Below, piece by piece: positions 1-8,907 of a stretch of DNA of 64,000 nucleotides. The stretch lies in sequence record SRR20825010_3726; one strand, 5' to 3'. The number at the start of each line of letters is the position of its first letter. Position 1 is the first letter of the stretch. Both the position numbers and the translations under genes were made by a program. The notes beneath the pieces were generated by a model that searched no databases, was not told where the DNA came from, and saw nothing but the letters and a program-made list of their open reading frames with translations.

Positions 1-190
1 GGTCTGGAAAGGCTCCGCGTTTGGCGGCGTAAAAGGTCGTACCGAACTGCCCGGCTATGTCGAGAAGGCCGAGAAAGGAGACATTCCGCTGGACGTGTTT
101 ATTACACACAACATGCCCCTTGAGGACATCAACGAGGCGTTTGAGTTGATGCATGAGGGGAAGAGTATTCGGTCGGTGATTCATTTCTGA
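1..190 (+). CDS. frmA: 3' end of S-(hydroxymethyl)glutathione dehydrogenase / class III alcohol dehydrogenase (partial, runs off window start)
   Basis: Frame 2 reads [65 protein letters not shown] at 188-190; typical ADH3 C-terminus; not in the ORF track. Confidence 0.93.
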   Translation, partial: VWKGSAFGGVKGRTELPGYVEKAEKGDIPLDVFITHNMPLEDINEAFELMHEGKSIRSVIHF

Positions 191-257
191 TAGGGCACAA
201 AACCATTCTTAAAGTCCGGGCAGGGACGCCCGTATTCCAGATTTCTACGCATTTCGG

Positions 258-1829
258 TTAGCCCCTCCGCCCAGGTACCAGGTGTCGTACTAACAGCTGC
301 TGGCGCCCCACATGGTAGCCAACCGCCTGGCCTGCTTCGACGGTATCCTGAAGCTGTTCGCTTGTCTTGATGGCCAGTTGATGGATGTCGTGAATTTCCT
401 CGTTCAGTTGTGAAACGGTCTGGCTCTGTTGCTCACTGGCAGCCGCAATCTGCTGGTTCAGGCCGTCGCTTTCGGCAATGCCCGCCACAATATTACGGAT
501 TGCCTCTGCGGTGGCGGATACCTGCTCCACGCTCCTCTCGGACTGCTGTTTTCCCTGTGCGATGGATTCGACCACCCGGCGGGAGCCTTCCTGCAAGGCA
601 GTGATCATTTGCTGGATTTCATTGGTGGATTCCTGGGTGCGCTTTGCCAGGGAACGAACTTCATCGGCAACCACCGCAAAACCGCGCCCACTTTCGCCGG
701 CCCGGGCGGCCTCAATGGCGGCATTCAGGGCCAGCAAATTGGTCTGTTCAGCGATCGCGACGATCACATCCAGAATCCGGCCAATCGATTGGCTGTTCTG
801 ATCAAGTTCCTCCACGGTTTGGCTGGTTTCCTCGAGCTCACTCGCCAGGGCAAGAATACTGTCGCGCGCGGCGGCTGCAGAACGGGCGCTGTTTTCCCCG
901 GAATCACGGTTTCGCGCACTGAGACCAGCAGCCTGCTGGGTATTCTCCGAAACTTCGCGAATGGTAGCGGTGAATTCCTCGATGGAGGTCGCCACGGAGG
1001 AGAGTGCTGATTGCTGCTGACCGCAGGCCTCGGAACCGCCTTGTAGCAGAGAGTTGGCCCGCAGGACATTGTCTTCGATCTGTCCGCCGCTGTCGCTGAT
1101 ACGTGCCACCATGACCTTCAGCCGGACTTCCACCAGCCGCATAGCTAGCTCAATCTGGCCCGCGACGCCGGCGTTTCCGGTGTAGACCAGTTGCTTGATG
1201 GGATGGCTGACAACAGCTCGACAACGCGTGAACAGCCGCGCCAGTGGGCGATTGAGTTGGTAGAAGAGGCCGAGGGAGAGTGTGCTGCCAAGAAGGAACA
1301 AGAGGACCGCCAGCGTTGGAGTGCCGAACATTCCAGCCATTGTGGCGGGGGCAAAACAGAGGCTGGCGACCAGCCACTGCAGGGTAGCAGGGGGCAGCCG
1401 TGGAATCCTGAGGGCAAGGGGCTGCCGGCCTTGGCTGCGGGCATGGTAAACCTGTTCGGTTCTCCGAATGGTGGCTTCATCGGGTAACCGGTAAATGGCC
1501 TGGTATTCCAACAGTGTTCCGTCCGTGTCGGTAATCGGGCTAACGAAGGCATCCAGCCACCAGTTGGTCCCATCTGCCCTACGGTTGCGGATCATGCCCA
1601 TCCAGGATTCTCCGCGGCCAATGGTTTCCCACAGGTCGTTCAGCGGCGCTCCGGGCATGTCGGGGTGCCGCAGTTTGCTGAAAGACATGGCTTTCAGTTC
1701 CTGTTTCGAGAAGCCGCAGGTTCTGCAAAAGGCGTTGCTGGCGTAGGTAATGGCACCCTTGCTGTCAGTGAGTACCAGCAGTTGGTCGTCTTCGTGGAGG
1801 GCGTCGGGTAGGGGCTCATATCGGGACAT
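258..1829 (-). CDS. Aer-like PAS-domain methyl-accepting chemotaxis protein
   Basis: N-terminal PAS with Aer-like motif (LRHPDMP..DLW..I..G.SW.G..RNRR.DG..WW), hydrophobic hairpin, MCP core [34 protein letters not shown]; start moved to ATG 1829 after GGAGGA at 1838-1843. Confidence 0.88.
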   Translation of the reverse strand: MSRYEPLPDALHEDDQLLVLTDSKGAITYASNAFCRTCGFSKQELKAMSFSKLRHPDMPGAPLNDLWETIGRGESWMGMIRNRRADGTNWWLDAFVSPITDTDGTLLEYQAIYRLPDEATIRRTEQVYHARSQGRQPLALRIPRLPPATLQWLVASLCFAPATMAGMFGTPTLAVLLFLLGSTLSLGLFYQLNRPLARLFTRCRAVVSHPIKQLVYTGNAGVAGQIELAMRLVEVRLKVMVARISDSGGQIEDNVLRANSLLQGGSEACGQQQSALSSVATSIEEFTATIREVSENTQQAAGLSARNRDSGENSARSAAAARDSILALASELEETSQTVEELDQNSQSIGRILDVIVAIAEQTNLLALNAAIEAARAGESGRGFAVVADEVRSLAKRTQESTNEIQQMITALQEGSRRVVESIAQGKQQSERSVEQVSATAEAIRNIVAGIAESDGLNQQIAAASEQQSQTVSQLNEEIHDIHQLAIKTSEQLQDTVEAGQAVGYHVGRQQLLVRHLVPGRRG

Positions 1830-1849
1830 AAATCTTATCCTCCGAAACC

Positions 1850-1875
1850 AAAAAGGGGCCCGCCAAAGCGGGCCC
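1850..1875 (-). terminator. Rho-independent terminator after the DUF1329 gene
   Basis: Minus strand reads GGGCCCGC-TTTG-GCGGGCCC followed by CTTTTT. Confidence 0.75.
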
Positions 1876-1892
1876 AAGGGCTAGCACCAGGC

Positions 1893-3221
1893 TTAGCTGC
1901 CGGTTGCGCGGAGATGCTGCACGTTGAACATATTGGGGGGGGACAGCTCGGGGTCGACCTGGCCCTTGAACTGGCCGGTGGTGCAGTGGCTGGCCTGCAC
2001 GTCGATCATGCTGAAGCTGTCGTCAATGGATACACCGGTACCCTCGTTCTTGGGCAGGTGGTGGTCTGGATGGGCCTGTCCGATGGTGAAGGTTTTCCAC
2101 AGGCTGCCCTTACGGTCATAGGCGACGGTGCGGGGAATGGTGAACGTCTGGGCGTCCATGTAGTGGATACGTTTCGACAGCGGATGGCTTTCATCCACCG
2201 GTTTCGCCTCCACTTCGTACACCTTTCTGAGCTGCCAGGTGATGTCCGGGAAACAGCCGCCCTTGCCACTGAAAGCCACCACCTGGTAACCATTGCTGTC
2301 GCTGTGGGTTTCTTCGTCCAGCTTCAGCTCGTTGTGGTTGTAGAACGGCATCAGCATGTAACGGGTGCCCTTATAGGTCCAGTCCATGTCGGAAATGCGG
2401 CCGTTGTAGCCCTCGAAGTCTTCGATCATCAGGTCCGAACCGAGAAAGGCATCGGTAACCTGGCCTGTGGCCAGGCGGCGCACGCGGCGCTGGAAGCCCA
2501 AATAGAGCCAGGAGTTATCACGTTTGAGGTCGTCGGCGGCCCGGTGAATCAGAAGTTGCGTATTGCGGACGTCCGCTGGGTCGAGTACCTGTACATAGAT
2601 GGCGCGGAACAGGTCAGACGGGTTGGGCGTGATTTCCGGGGTGGGTTCCTGTATCACTCGGCCCTTGTAATTCAGGAAGTGGAAGTTGAATTTGATGGTC
2701 CGCTCCACCTTGGCTGATTCCATGTCCCGGTACTTCCAGTAGAACGGCATGATGGCGGCACTGTCGCCCCAGTTGTAGCCGTACTTGTAGTTCCAGGCCA
2801 GTTTTTCGCCGGCGCGGGGGTCATCCGCATCCGGCTCCTGCGGGAACGGGCGACCGGCTTTCCAGCCGTTAATTTCCCCGACCTGCTCACCCAGGGAAAC
2901 CTCACCCAGGGCGTTGCGGGTTGCGTCCACATAGGCAGGGTGCAGGTCGAAGGACGTGGTCTTTCCCACGGCAATGGATGTCCAGCCGTTCTCGATGAAG
3001 GTATAGAAGGCCGGATCGATCACGTCCTTGAACTGTGCCACGTTGGATTCGTCGATGGTCATGCCGGCGCTAAGCCCTTCGTGGCTTGGCATTTGATCCT
3101 TGTATGGATGGAACGATTCGTTGATGACCTTGTCACTGGCAAAGGCGCCAGCGGAGAAGGCGCCCGCCGTAAGACCGATCACCAGGCCATTAAACACGGA
3201 TTTTCGGAATGCTCGTTTCAT
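1893..3221 (-). CDS. DUF1329 family exported protein (LolA-like, outer-membrane lipoprotein-sorting-like fold)
   Basis: Signal peptide (AFA-SD); motifs G.PFP, WLYLGFQRRVRRL, D.F.G..GR...W, YMDAQT..YDRKG.LWK; adjacent to DUF1302. Confidence 0.8.
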   Translation of the reverse strand: MKRAFRKSVFNGLVIGLTAGAFSAGAFASDKVINESFHPYKDQMPSHEGLSAGMTIDESNVAQFKDVIDPAFYTFIENGWTSIAVGKTTSFDLHPAYVDATRNALGEVSLGEQVGEINGWKAGRPFPQEPDADDPRAGEKLAWNYKYGYNWGDSAAIMPFYWKYRDMESAKVERTIKFNFHFLNYKGRVIQEPTPEITPNPSDLFRAIYVQVLDPADVRNTQLLIHRAADDLKRDNSWLYLGFQRRVRRLATGQVTDAFLGSDLMIEDFEGYNGRISDMDWTYKGTRYMLMPFYNHNELKLDEETHSDSNGYQVVAFSGKGGCFPDITWQLRKVYEVEAKPVDESHPLSKRIHYMDAQTFTIPRTVAYDRKGSLWKTFTIGQAHPDHHLPKNEGTGVSIDDSFSMIDVQASHCTTGQFKGQVDPELSPPNMFNVQHLRATGS

Positions 3222-3236
3222 GATGTTTCCTCTATA

Positions 3237-5138
3237 TCAGAAGCTGTAACGCATGGTCAGTTGAAGCTCGTCTTCTTCCTGAGCCATTCCAATGGGGCCA
3301 GATTGGAAGCGGCCCAGCGGCTCGTATCCACCCAGGCCGGCAGACTCCCCGGCCGGTTGCCCCGGATAGGTGGCGGTGAACGGATCCCAGGGGTTGCAGC
3401 TACGGCAGTCATCGAATTTGCGCGCGCCGGTACCCACCTTGATGTTTGCACCGGCCGTGACACGGAAGTTGTCACTGACCAGCCACTCAACAGACGGCGC
3501 GATCGCGGTTGCCCCGGCTCGGAAATCATGTGCGGTGATGATCTGCGGGCTGAGGCGGCCATTCATGTAGAAGCCTTTGATCAGCAGGGTGCCTGTCCAG
3601 TTTTCTTTCCAGTCGGGAATACCGGCTTCACCAAACCGACGCTGCTCGCGCTCGTGATCCAGGATGTGCTGACCGAATACCTGGCCGGAGAACAGGAATG
3701 CCTGGTGTTCGTTCAGGAGGGGAATGAAGATGTTCTTGTCAGCGCCGACCACGTAGCGAACCACGTCGCTCTCGGAGTAGAGATCTTCCTCCAGCGTATT
3801 GGCGAATTCCTCGCCGGTGGTATAGGCCGCTTCAAGCCTGAGGACGGTATCAACACTCTGGGCGTAATAATCCAGGGAGCCACCGAACAGGTTGACCCTC
3901 GGGAAGTGGATATCGAAGGCAATCAGGCTTGGCCATATACCGGTTTCACCGGTAAAGCCGTTTTGTGCGGGAATACCGCCCCGAAGAGAGGGCAGTTGGG
4001 AGCGATAGGTCAGGGCGTTGAGCGAGAAGCCCAGATCACCATAAACGCCTTCCATCTTGAGGCCGACCTGGGTATTCGCCAGGCTCCAGCTTGGCATGTG
4101 CGCTTCGCGGATACCGATCTGGCCGGGGCCGAAATCCGTTGCCGCTTCGCCGCCTGCGAAGTTGGCCACTGTGCCACCATTTTCCCAGAGGCTGTTCATG
4201 CCGCGGAAGAAGCAGCCGGCATCGAGAATAACGTTGGGCTGACCGCACTGGCCGATATCGTGCGGGCGGAACTTGTCGAAGTTCCATACCAGCTGGAAAT
4301 TAAGGTCGTCGAAGGCGAGGCCATCGAACACCTCGGTTGGCCCCATGCGGTAGTCGGTCCGGAGTATCCACATGGGAATCCGGATGTCTTCCAGTTCGTC
4401 GTAGATATTGTTGCGGGAGTAATCCACCGGGTTGATCACATCCAACACCCGAAAAAGGTCGGTACGTCCCCAGATGACTTGCTGCTTGCCCAATCGGGTG
4501 CTGAGGATATTACCGTTCGAGAAGTTGTAATCGAAATCCACGTAGAGTTCGCGGATGAAATCGGCGCGGTCGTTGAACTCCTGGAATCGCATGTCGTTGG
4601 TGTCTTTGTCCAAATAACCGTCGATACACCCTCGTTCGTCCTCGTCACAGGGGCGAACCGGCACGCCGAAGGCTACACCGCCGTCGGTATCATGCAGGTT
4701 TTCACCCAACACGATCATGCCTTCGTTGGGGTTGTTCGCTTCACTGAAGGAGTTCGGCAGCTTCAGGCCGCCACCGTGGGGCACGGTGGCGTTGGGTCCC
4801 GCTGCCCGGTTTTCCAGGCGGACCGGTCCACCGGCATTGCGGCCGTATTCGTCATCATTAAGGTCGTAAACACCGTCATAGCTACCACGGAGCGTGGCGT
4901 TGACGGAGACATTACTGAAAATGCCGACATCTCCAGCCCGTTTCTCTGCTTCCAGCTGTAGTGTGTTGCGGAATTTTGAAAGCCCTACGCCATCCCGGCC
5001 GTAGGTTGCATTCTCGTAGAAGCCGTTTACCCGGGTATCTTCCTGGGCGACGGCGGAGTTGATTGGTAACAGCGCCAGGCCGGCACTTCCCGCAAGGGTA
5101 TAGCACCAGAGCCTCAGGCCTTTTATTGTTGTTTGCAT
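3237..5138 (-). CDS. DUF1302 family outer-membrane beta-barrel protein
   Basis: Signal peptide; RELYVD, RLGKQQVIWGRTD, DVINPVD motifs; C-terminal LTMRYSF resembling a BAM signal. Confidence 0.8.
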   Translation of the reverse strand: MQTTIKGLRLWCYTLAGSAGLALLPINSAVAQEDTRVNGFYENATYGRDGVGLSKFRNTLQLEAEKRAGDVGIFSNVSVNATLRGSYDGVYDLNDDEYGRNAGGPVRLENRAAGPNATVPHGGGLKLPNSFSEANNPNEGMIVLGENLHDTDGGVAFGVPVRPCDEDERGCIDGYLDKDTNDMRFQEFNDRADFIRELYVDFDYNFSNGNILSTRLGKQQVIWGRTDLFRVLDVINPVDYSRNNIYDELEDIRIPMWILRTDYRMGPTEVFDGLAFDDLNFQLVWNFDKFRPHDIGQCGQPNVILDAGCFFRGMNSLWENGGTVANFAGGEAATDFGPGQIGIREAHMPSWSLANTQVGLKMEGVYGDLGFSLNALTYRSQLPSLRGGIPAQNGFTGETGIWPSLIAFDIHFPRVNLFGGSLDYYAQSVDTVLRLEAAYTTGEEFANTLEEDLYSESDVVRYVVGADKNIFIPLLNEHQAFLFSGQVFGQHILDHEREQRRFGEAGIPDWKENWTGTLLIKGFYMNGRLSPQIITAHDFRAGATAIAPSVEWLVSDNFRVTAGANIKVGTGARKFDDCRSCNPWDPFTATYPGQPAGESAGLGGYEPLGRFQSGPIGMAQEEDELQLTMRYSF

Positions 5139-5181
5139 GGCATGTCCTCGTTACAGGTTTTAGTGGAGTGTCCTACCGGGC

Positions 5182-7647
5182 TCAGGCCCGGTACGGCTCT
5201 CCCGGCACGAACCCATCCTCTTGTTCCCGTGGGGAACCGGACGATGGAGATGGTGTTGGTGGATGACGATCAGCATGGAGAATGCCGTCTTCGTCGGCGT
5301 AAACATCGGTAACAAAGCGAGGCTTGAAGACCAGTACCCAGGAAGGCACCAGAAGCATGGCCGCGATGCCGTTGATCACGATCATGACGCACAGCAGCAA
5401 TGCTGCATCAGACTGGAATCGGAGGTCTGAGAAAATGACCCACATGATGATGCCCGCCATCAACGTCAGCGCGGTGAAACTGATGGCCATGCCGGTGGTG
5501 GATATGGCTCGCCTGACGGCGTCCCGCAGATTGCCAAGCCGGGCCATTTCTTCCCGTATCCGGTCCATCATGTAGATGGAATAATCGATGCCGACGCCGA
5601 TACCCACGGCAATCACCGGCACGGTATTGATGTCGATATTGAGCGCATTAAAGCCCATATAGGCGTAGGTGAGAGTGGTTGCGAAAATCATCGCCAACAG
5701 CATCATCAGCCCGGCGTGCAATGAGGTGTAGAACAGCATGACAAAGGCAAAGATCAGCAGGAAAACCAGTGGTAGAACAATGACATTGGTCTCGAAGGCC
5801 GATTCGTTCATTGCGGCGGCAACACCAAGGGTTCCCCCCGCCAGTTTGATGGTCAGGCCCTCAACGCTGTCACCGTTCTCCGCGATCCAATCCTTGGCCA
5901 TGTGAATGGCACGGCGGATGGTCTCGCCCTGGCGGTCCTTGTAATAGAACACCAAGTTGGCAACGCGGTCGTCGGTGTCGTTGAATTCATCAAGGGCCCC
6001 GGGAATCGGGCTGGAGGCCATGTAGGTAAACATCAGCCCGCCGACATAGCCCGCATCGTGAGGAATCTGGTACCAGCGGGGGTCGTCGTTGTGCATCAGG
6101 CGGTTAACTTGCTTGACGAGGTCGGGCAGGCCTTTGCTGCCGCCTACTTCCGGGTCCTTCAGCATGTGGGATTGCAGATCAGAAAGGGCAGCCAGTACCT
6201 CTGGACGTTTCAGGCCCCCTTTCTCTTCGGTTTCCGCCACGATGTAGAGCTCCTCGGAGCCCGGGAAGCGCTCATTTACCACGCGGGAAGAAACGTTGTA
6301 GTCGTGGTCGGGATACAGGATGGGAGAGCCTGGCTCCGAGTCGCCAATCTGCACGTTGGACGCCGCTAATAGTCCTGCGGCCATCGCCAGTGCCGCGACA
6401 CTCAACACCACTTTCGCCGCACCTGGCCGTGCAACCGTGCGTGAGCAACTGGCGCCGATATGGCGCAGGGCGGTTTCGCGCAGGTTCGGGTCTTTGGGCG
6501 TTGGCAGAATGGATAACAGCAGAGGCACGCCGATCAGCACCGTGAACACAACAGTGATCGCCCAAAGGGAAGCATAGATGCCCAGATGGGTATTCAACGG
6601 AATGGACCCGATGGCAATGAGCGACAGGCCAATAGCATCCGACACAACACCCAGGGAACCAGGGCGGAACAGACTGTCAAAGGTCGCTTTTGCGGCTTTG
6701 GGGCCACTACCCAGTTCGCGGGTTTCCGCATAGTAGCGTTCAACAAGTTGCACGCCATGGCTCATCGCCCTGGCTGCAATCAAAAAGGGGATCACCAGCC
6801 CGAGCGGGTCCAGGTTGTAACCGAGCAGACTGATGATCCCAAGCCCCCAGATCGTGGAGACCAAAACGCCACCAAGGGGGATCAGCACACCGTAGGCTTT
6901 GCGGAAATGGAAAACGAGCAAGGCCAGCATGGTGATTACGGTGAAAATGAATATCTGGAGGATCTGTTCCATATACGTGTAGGCCCACCCCACCAGGACT
7001 GGCTGTCCCGTGGCGTAGATCTTGACTCCTGCACTTTCCTCCGCTTCACGCAGCTGTTGTAACTGTGCAAACGTCTTTTCGTAATCCAGCTTGCCTTCAA
7101 TCAGTTGCGCCTTGACCAGGGCCATTTTCATATCTGGAGACACAAGGGGGCCGTACACCCGTGGGTTGGCCGCCACATCGGCTTTCATGGCAACCAGTGC
7201 TTCCCGTGAGTACTCGCCAGAGGTGGAGTCGTAGTAGGGTTCCGAGTTGATGCTGCCGACTTCCGTCAGCCAGATCTTGCGGGAATTCCGGTGAGTCACG
7301 CTGGACACAAGGTTGTGGTTCACCCCTGGTAGGTTGTCGACGGCCTGGGTGATTCGGTCGATCTTGGCGAGATTCTCGTTGGTAAAGATGTCGCCGTCTT
7401 CGAATTCGATGCCCACCGTAAGGACATTGGCGCCGCCGAAGCTGTCCTTGATGCTGTTGTGCAGTTCGATATAGGAATGTTGCTGCGGCAACAGGTCGGC
7501 GAAGTCGGTGTAGATTTTCAGCCCGGGGATACGCAGGGCGAACGCCAGTGTGAGGATGGCGATCACGCTCAATACCTTGCGCGGGTTGTTGAAGATCCAT
7601 AGCTCCAGCGAATGCAGGAGATGGGTGAATCGATGCAATCCAGGCAT
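5182..7647 (-). CDS. MMPL/RND superfamily inner-membrane transporter
   Basis: 821 aa in two repeats, each with 1 TM, a large periplasmic loop and 5 TM; GIGVGIDYSIY motif in the second repeat. Confidence 0.88.
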   Translation of the reverse strand: MPGLHRFTHLLHSLELWIFNNPRKVLSVIAILTLAFALRIPGLKIYTDFADLLPQQHSYIELHNSIKDSFGGANVLTVGIEFEDGDIFTNENLAKIDRITQAVDNLPGVNHNLVSSVTHRNSRKIWLTEVGSINSEPYYDSTSGEYSREALVAMKADVAANPRVYGPLVSPDMKMALVKAQLIEGKLDYEKTFAQLQQLREAEESAGVKIYATGQPVLVGWAYTYMEQILQIFIFTVITMLALLVFHFRKAYGVLIPLGGVLVSTIWGLGIISLLGYNLDPLGLVIPFLIAARAMSHGVQLVERYYAETRELGSGPKAAKATFDSLFRPGSLGVVSDAIGLSLIAIGSIPLNTHLGIYASLWAITVVFTVLIGVPLLLSILPTPKDPNLRETALRHIGASCSRTVARPGAAKVVLSVAALAMAAGLLAASNVQIGDSEPGSPILYPDHDYNVSSRVVNERFPGSEELYIVAETEEKGGLKRPEVLAALSDLQSHMLKDPEVGGSKGLPDLVKQVNRLMHNDDPRWYQIPHDAGYVGGLMFTYMASSPIPGALDEFNDTDDRVANLVFYYKDRQGETIRRAIHMAKDWIAENGDSVEGLTIKLAGGTLGVAAAMNESAFETNVIVLPLVFLLIFAFVMLFYTSLHAGLMMLLAMIFATTLTYAYMGFNALNIDINTVPVIAVGIGVGIDYSIYMMDRIREEMARLGNLRDAVRRAISTTGMAISFTALTLMAGIIMWVIFSDLRFQSDAALLLCVMIVINGIAAMLLVPSWVLVFKPRFVTDVYADEDGILHADRHPPTPSPSSGSPREQEDGFVPGEPYRA

Positions 7648-7658
7648 GGCGGATTTCC

Positions 7659-8648
7659 TCAGTCAGTGCTGGCCGAGTGGGCCACGGGAGTTTCAAGGTT
7701 CAGCAGCAGGCCACGGCCACCAGCGGCGAGTAGTCGGTGGTTGGGGAGAATCAGGCCGGTACGCAGATACAGGGGTTGGTCGGACGCAGAGATCTTCTGC
7801 CAGGATTGACCTGTCTGCTGCATTACGGTGGCGTTATCCGCCAGGGCGTATAACCCTGAAGGGCCGGCAACGAAACCGAAAATTGGAGCGTTGATGCCGG
7901 TGGGGGATTTCTCCCAGTTCTCTCCGCCGTCGGTGGTGTGGTAGATGAAACCGTTCAGTCCGCCAACCCAACCTTCATTGTCTGAACGGAAGTAGCTGGA
8001 ATGGGCGTAGAATTCGTCTGGAAGGTAGCCGGCATAGTCCCAGTTTTCGCCGCCGTCTGTGGTTTTGAGTACGAGGCCATATTCGCCGGTGATGAAAGCA
8101 TGGTCGGCGTTGATGAACTGAAGGTTGTTGAGGATAGCGTCTTCGTTGAGTGAGGTCTCGGTCCAGGTCTCACCCTGGTCGGTGCTGCCCTGAATAGTGG
8201 TGAAGGCACCTGCTGCCCACCAGTTGCCGTCCGGAGCGCAAGCGGCGGTCATCATCTGTTCCTGGCTGGGCAGGGAGTGGGCTGTCCAGTTGTCTCCGTT
8301 GGTGTCGCCATGCCAGATTTCGTTGTCAAACGTCAGCGCAATGAAGCTGTTGTCCGGGCAAACATCTAACGCCAGGAAGCTTTCCGACGTTGGCGTCTGC
8401 CGTTTCCAGCTTTCTCCGTTGTCTGAGCTGACCAACACAACACCATTGTTGCCAGTCAGCACGATAACCTCGTCATTGCGAGCAATGGCTTGATAGAAGT
8501 CGGTACGTTTAACGGCTTGCACCGAATGATCCCGAACCGCGCCAAGATCCAGGGGCGCTTCGCAACCCGTTAACAGAACCGAAGACAATCCGGCCAACGA
8601 TACGGCTGTGCCGGTAGTGCGCCATGTGCGCAGGGGGGCATTACGCAT
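7659..8648 (-). CDS. YCF48/BNR-repeat beta-propeller lipoprotein
   Basis: Repeated Asp-boxes (SSDNGESW, STDQGETW, TTDGGENW twice); lipobox LTGC. Confidence 0.85.
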   Translation of the reverse strand: MRNAPLRTWRTTGTAVSLAGLSSVLLTGCEAPLDLGAVRDHSVQAVKRTDFYQAIARNDEVIVLTGNNGVVLVSSDNGESWKRQTPTSESFLALDVCPDNSFIALTFDNEIWHGDTNGDNWTAHSLPSQEQMMTAACAPDGNWWAAGAFTTIQGSTDQGETWTETSLNEDAILNNLQFINADHAFITGEYGLVLKTTDGGENWDYAGYLPDEFYAHSSYFRSDNEGWVGGLNGFIYHTTDGGENWEKSPTGINAPIFGFVAGPSGLYALADNATVMQQTGQSWQKISASDQPLYLRTGLILPNHRLLAAGGRGLLLNLETPVAHSASTD

Positions 8649-8697
8649 TTTGTGTCACCGTCTTTGTTTTTGTGGATAACGCGACTGAGGGTGATTT

Positions 8698-8713
8698 AGC
8701 AACGCGTGTGCCA
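8698..8713 (-). promoter_or_regulatory. sigma54 -24/-12 promoter of the YCF48-MMPL-DUF1302-DUF1329 operon
   Basis: Minus strand TGGCAC-ACGCG-TTGCT matches TGGCAC-N5-TTGCW; 50 nt upstream of ATG 8648. Confidence 0.85.
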
Positions 8714-8812
8714 TACACAGTTTCGTGCGGTTAACTGTATGTATTTAATTACAAAAACGGATTTTTCAGAAAGTTATAGAAAAGCTGGGTGGGGCAACTA
8801 AGAGGATTGATT

Positions 8813-8828
8813 TTTATCAAATGATGAA
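8813..8828. promoter_or_regulatory. DmpR/XylR-type upstream activating site
   Basis: TTTATCAAATGATGAA; the 13-mer ATCAAATGATGAA is identical to sites at 10728 and 10806; about 100 bp upstream of the sigma54 box. Confidence 0.7.
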
Positions 8829-8907
8829 GTGGGTGCGGCGTTTGTCGATATCGTCAAATTTGAAGCTGAACCGTGGACATCCTTATCCTGACCGCGACGG
8901 TTGTGGC

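Noticed and set aside
2940-4961. 673-aa plus-strand ORF antisense to DUF1302/DUF1329
   Set aside because: Shadow ORF expected from biased codon usage of the real minus-strand genes; no recognisable motifs
7659-8648. YCF48 similarity as evidence of photosystem II assembly
   Set aside because: Only the generic Asp-box propeller is shared; the context is heterotrophic transport and catabolism
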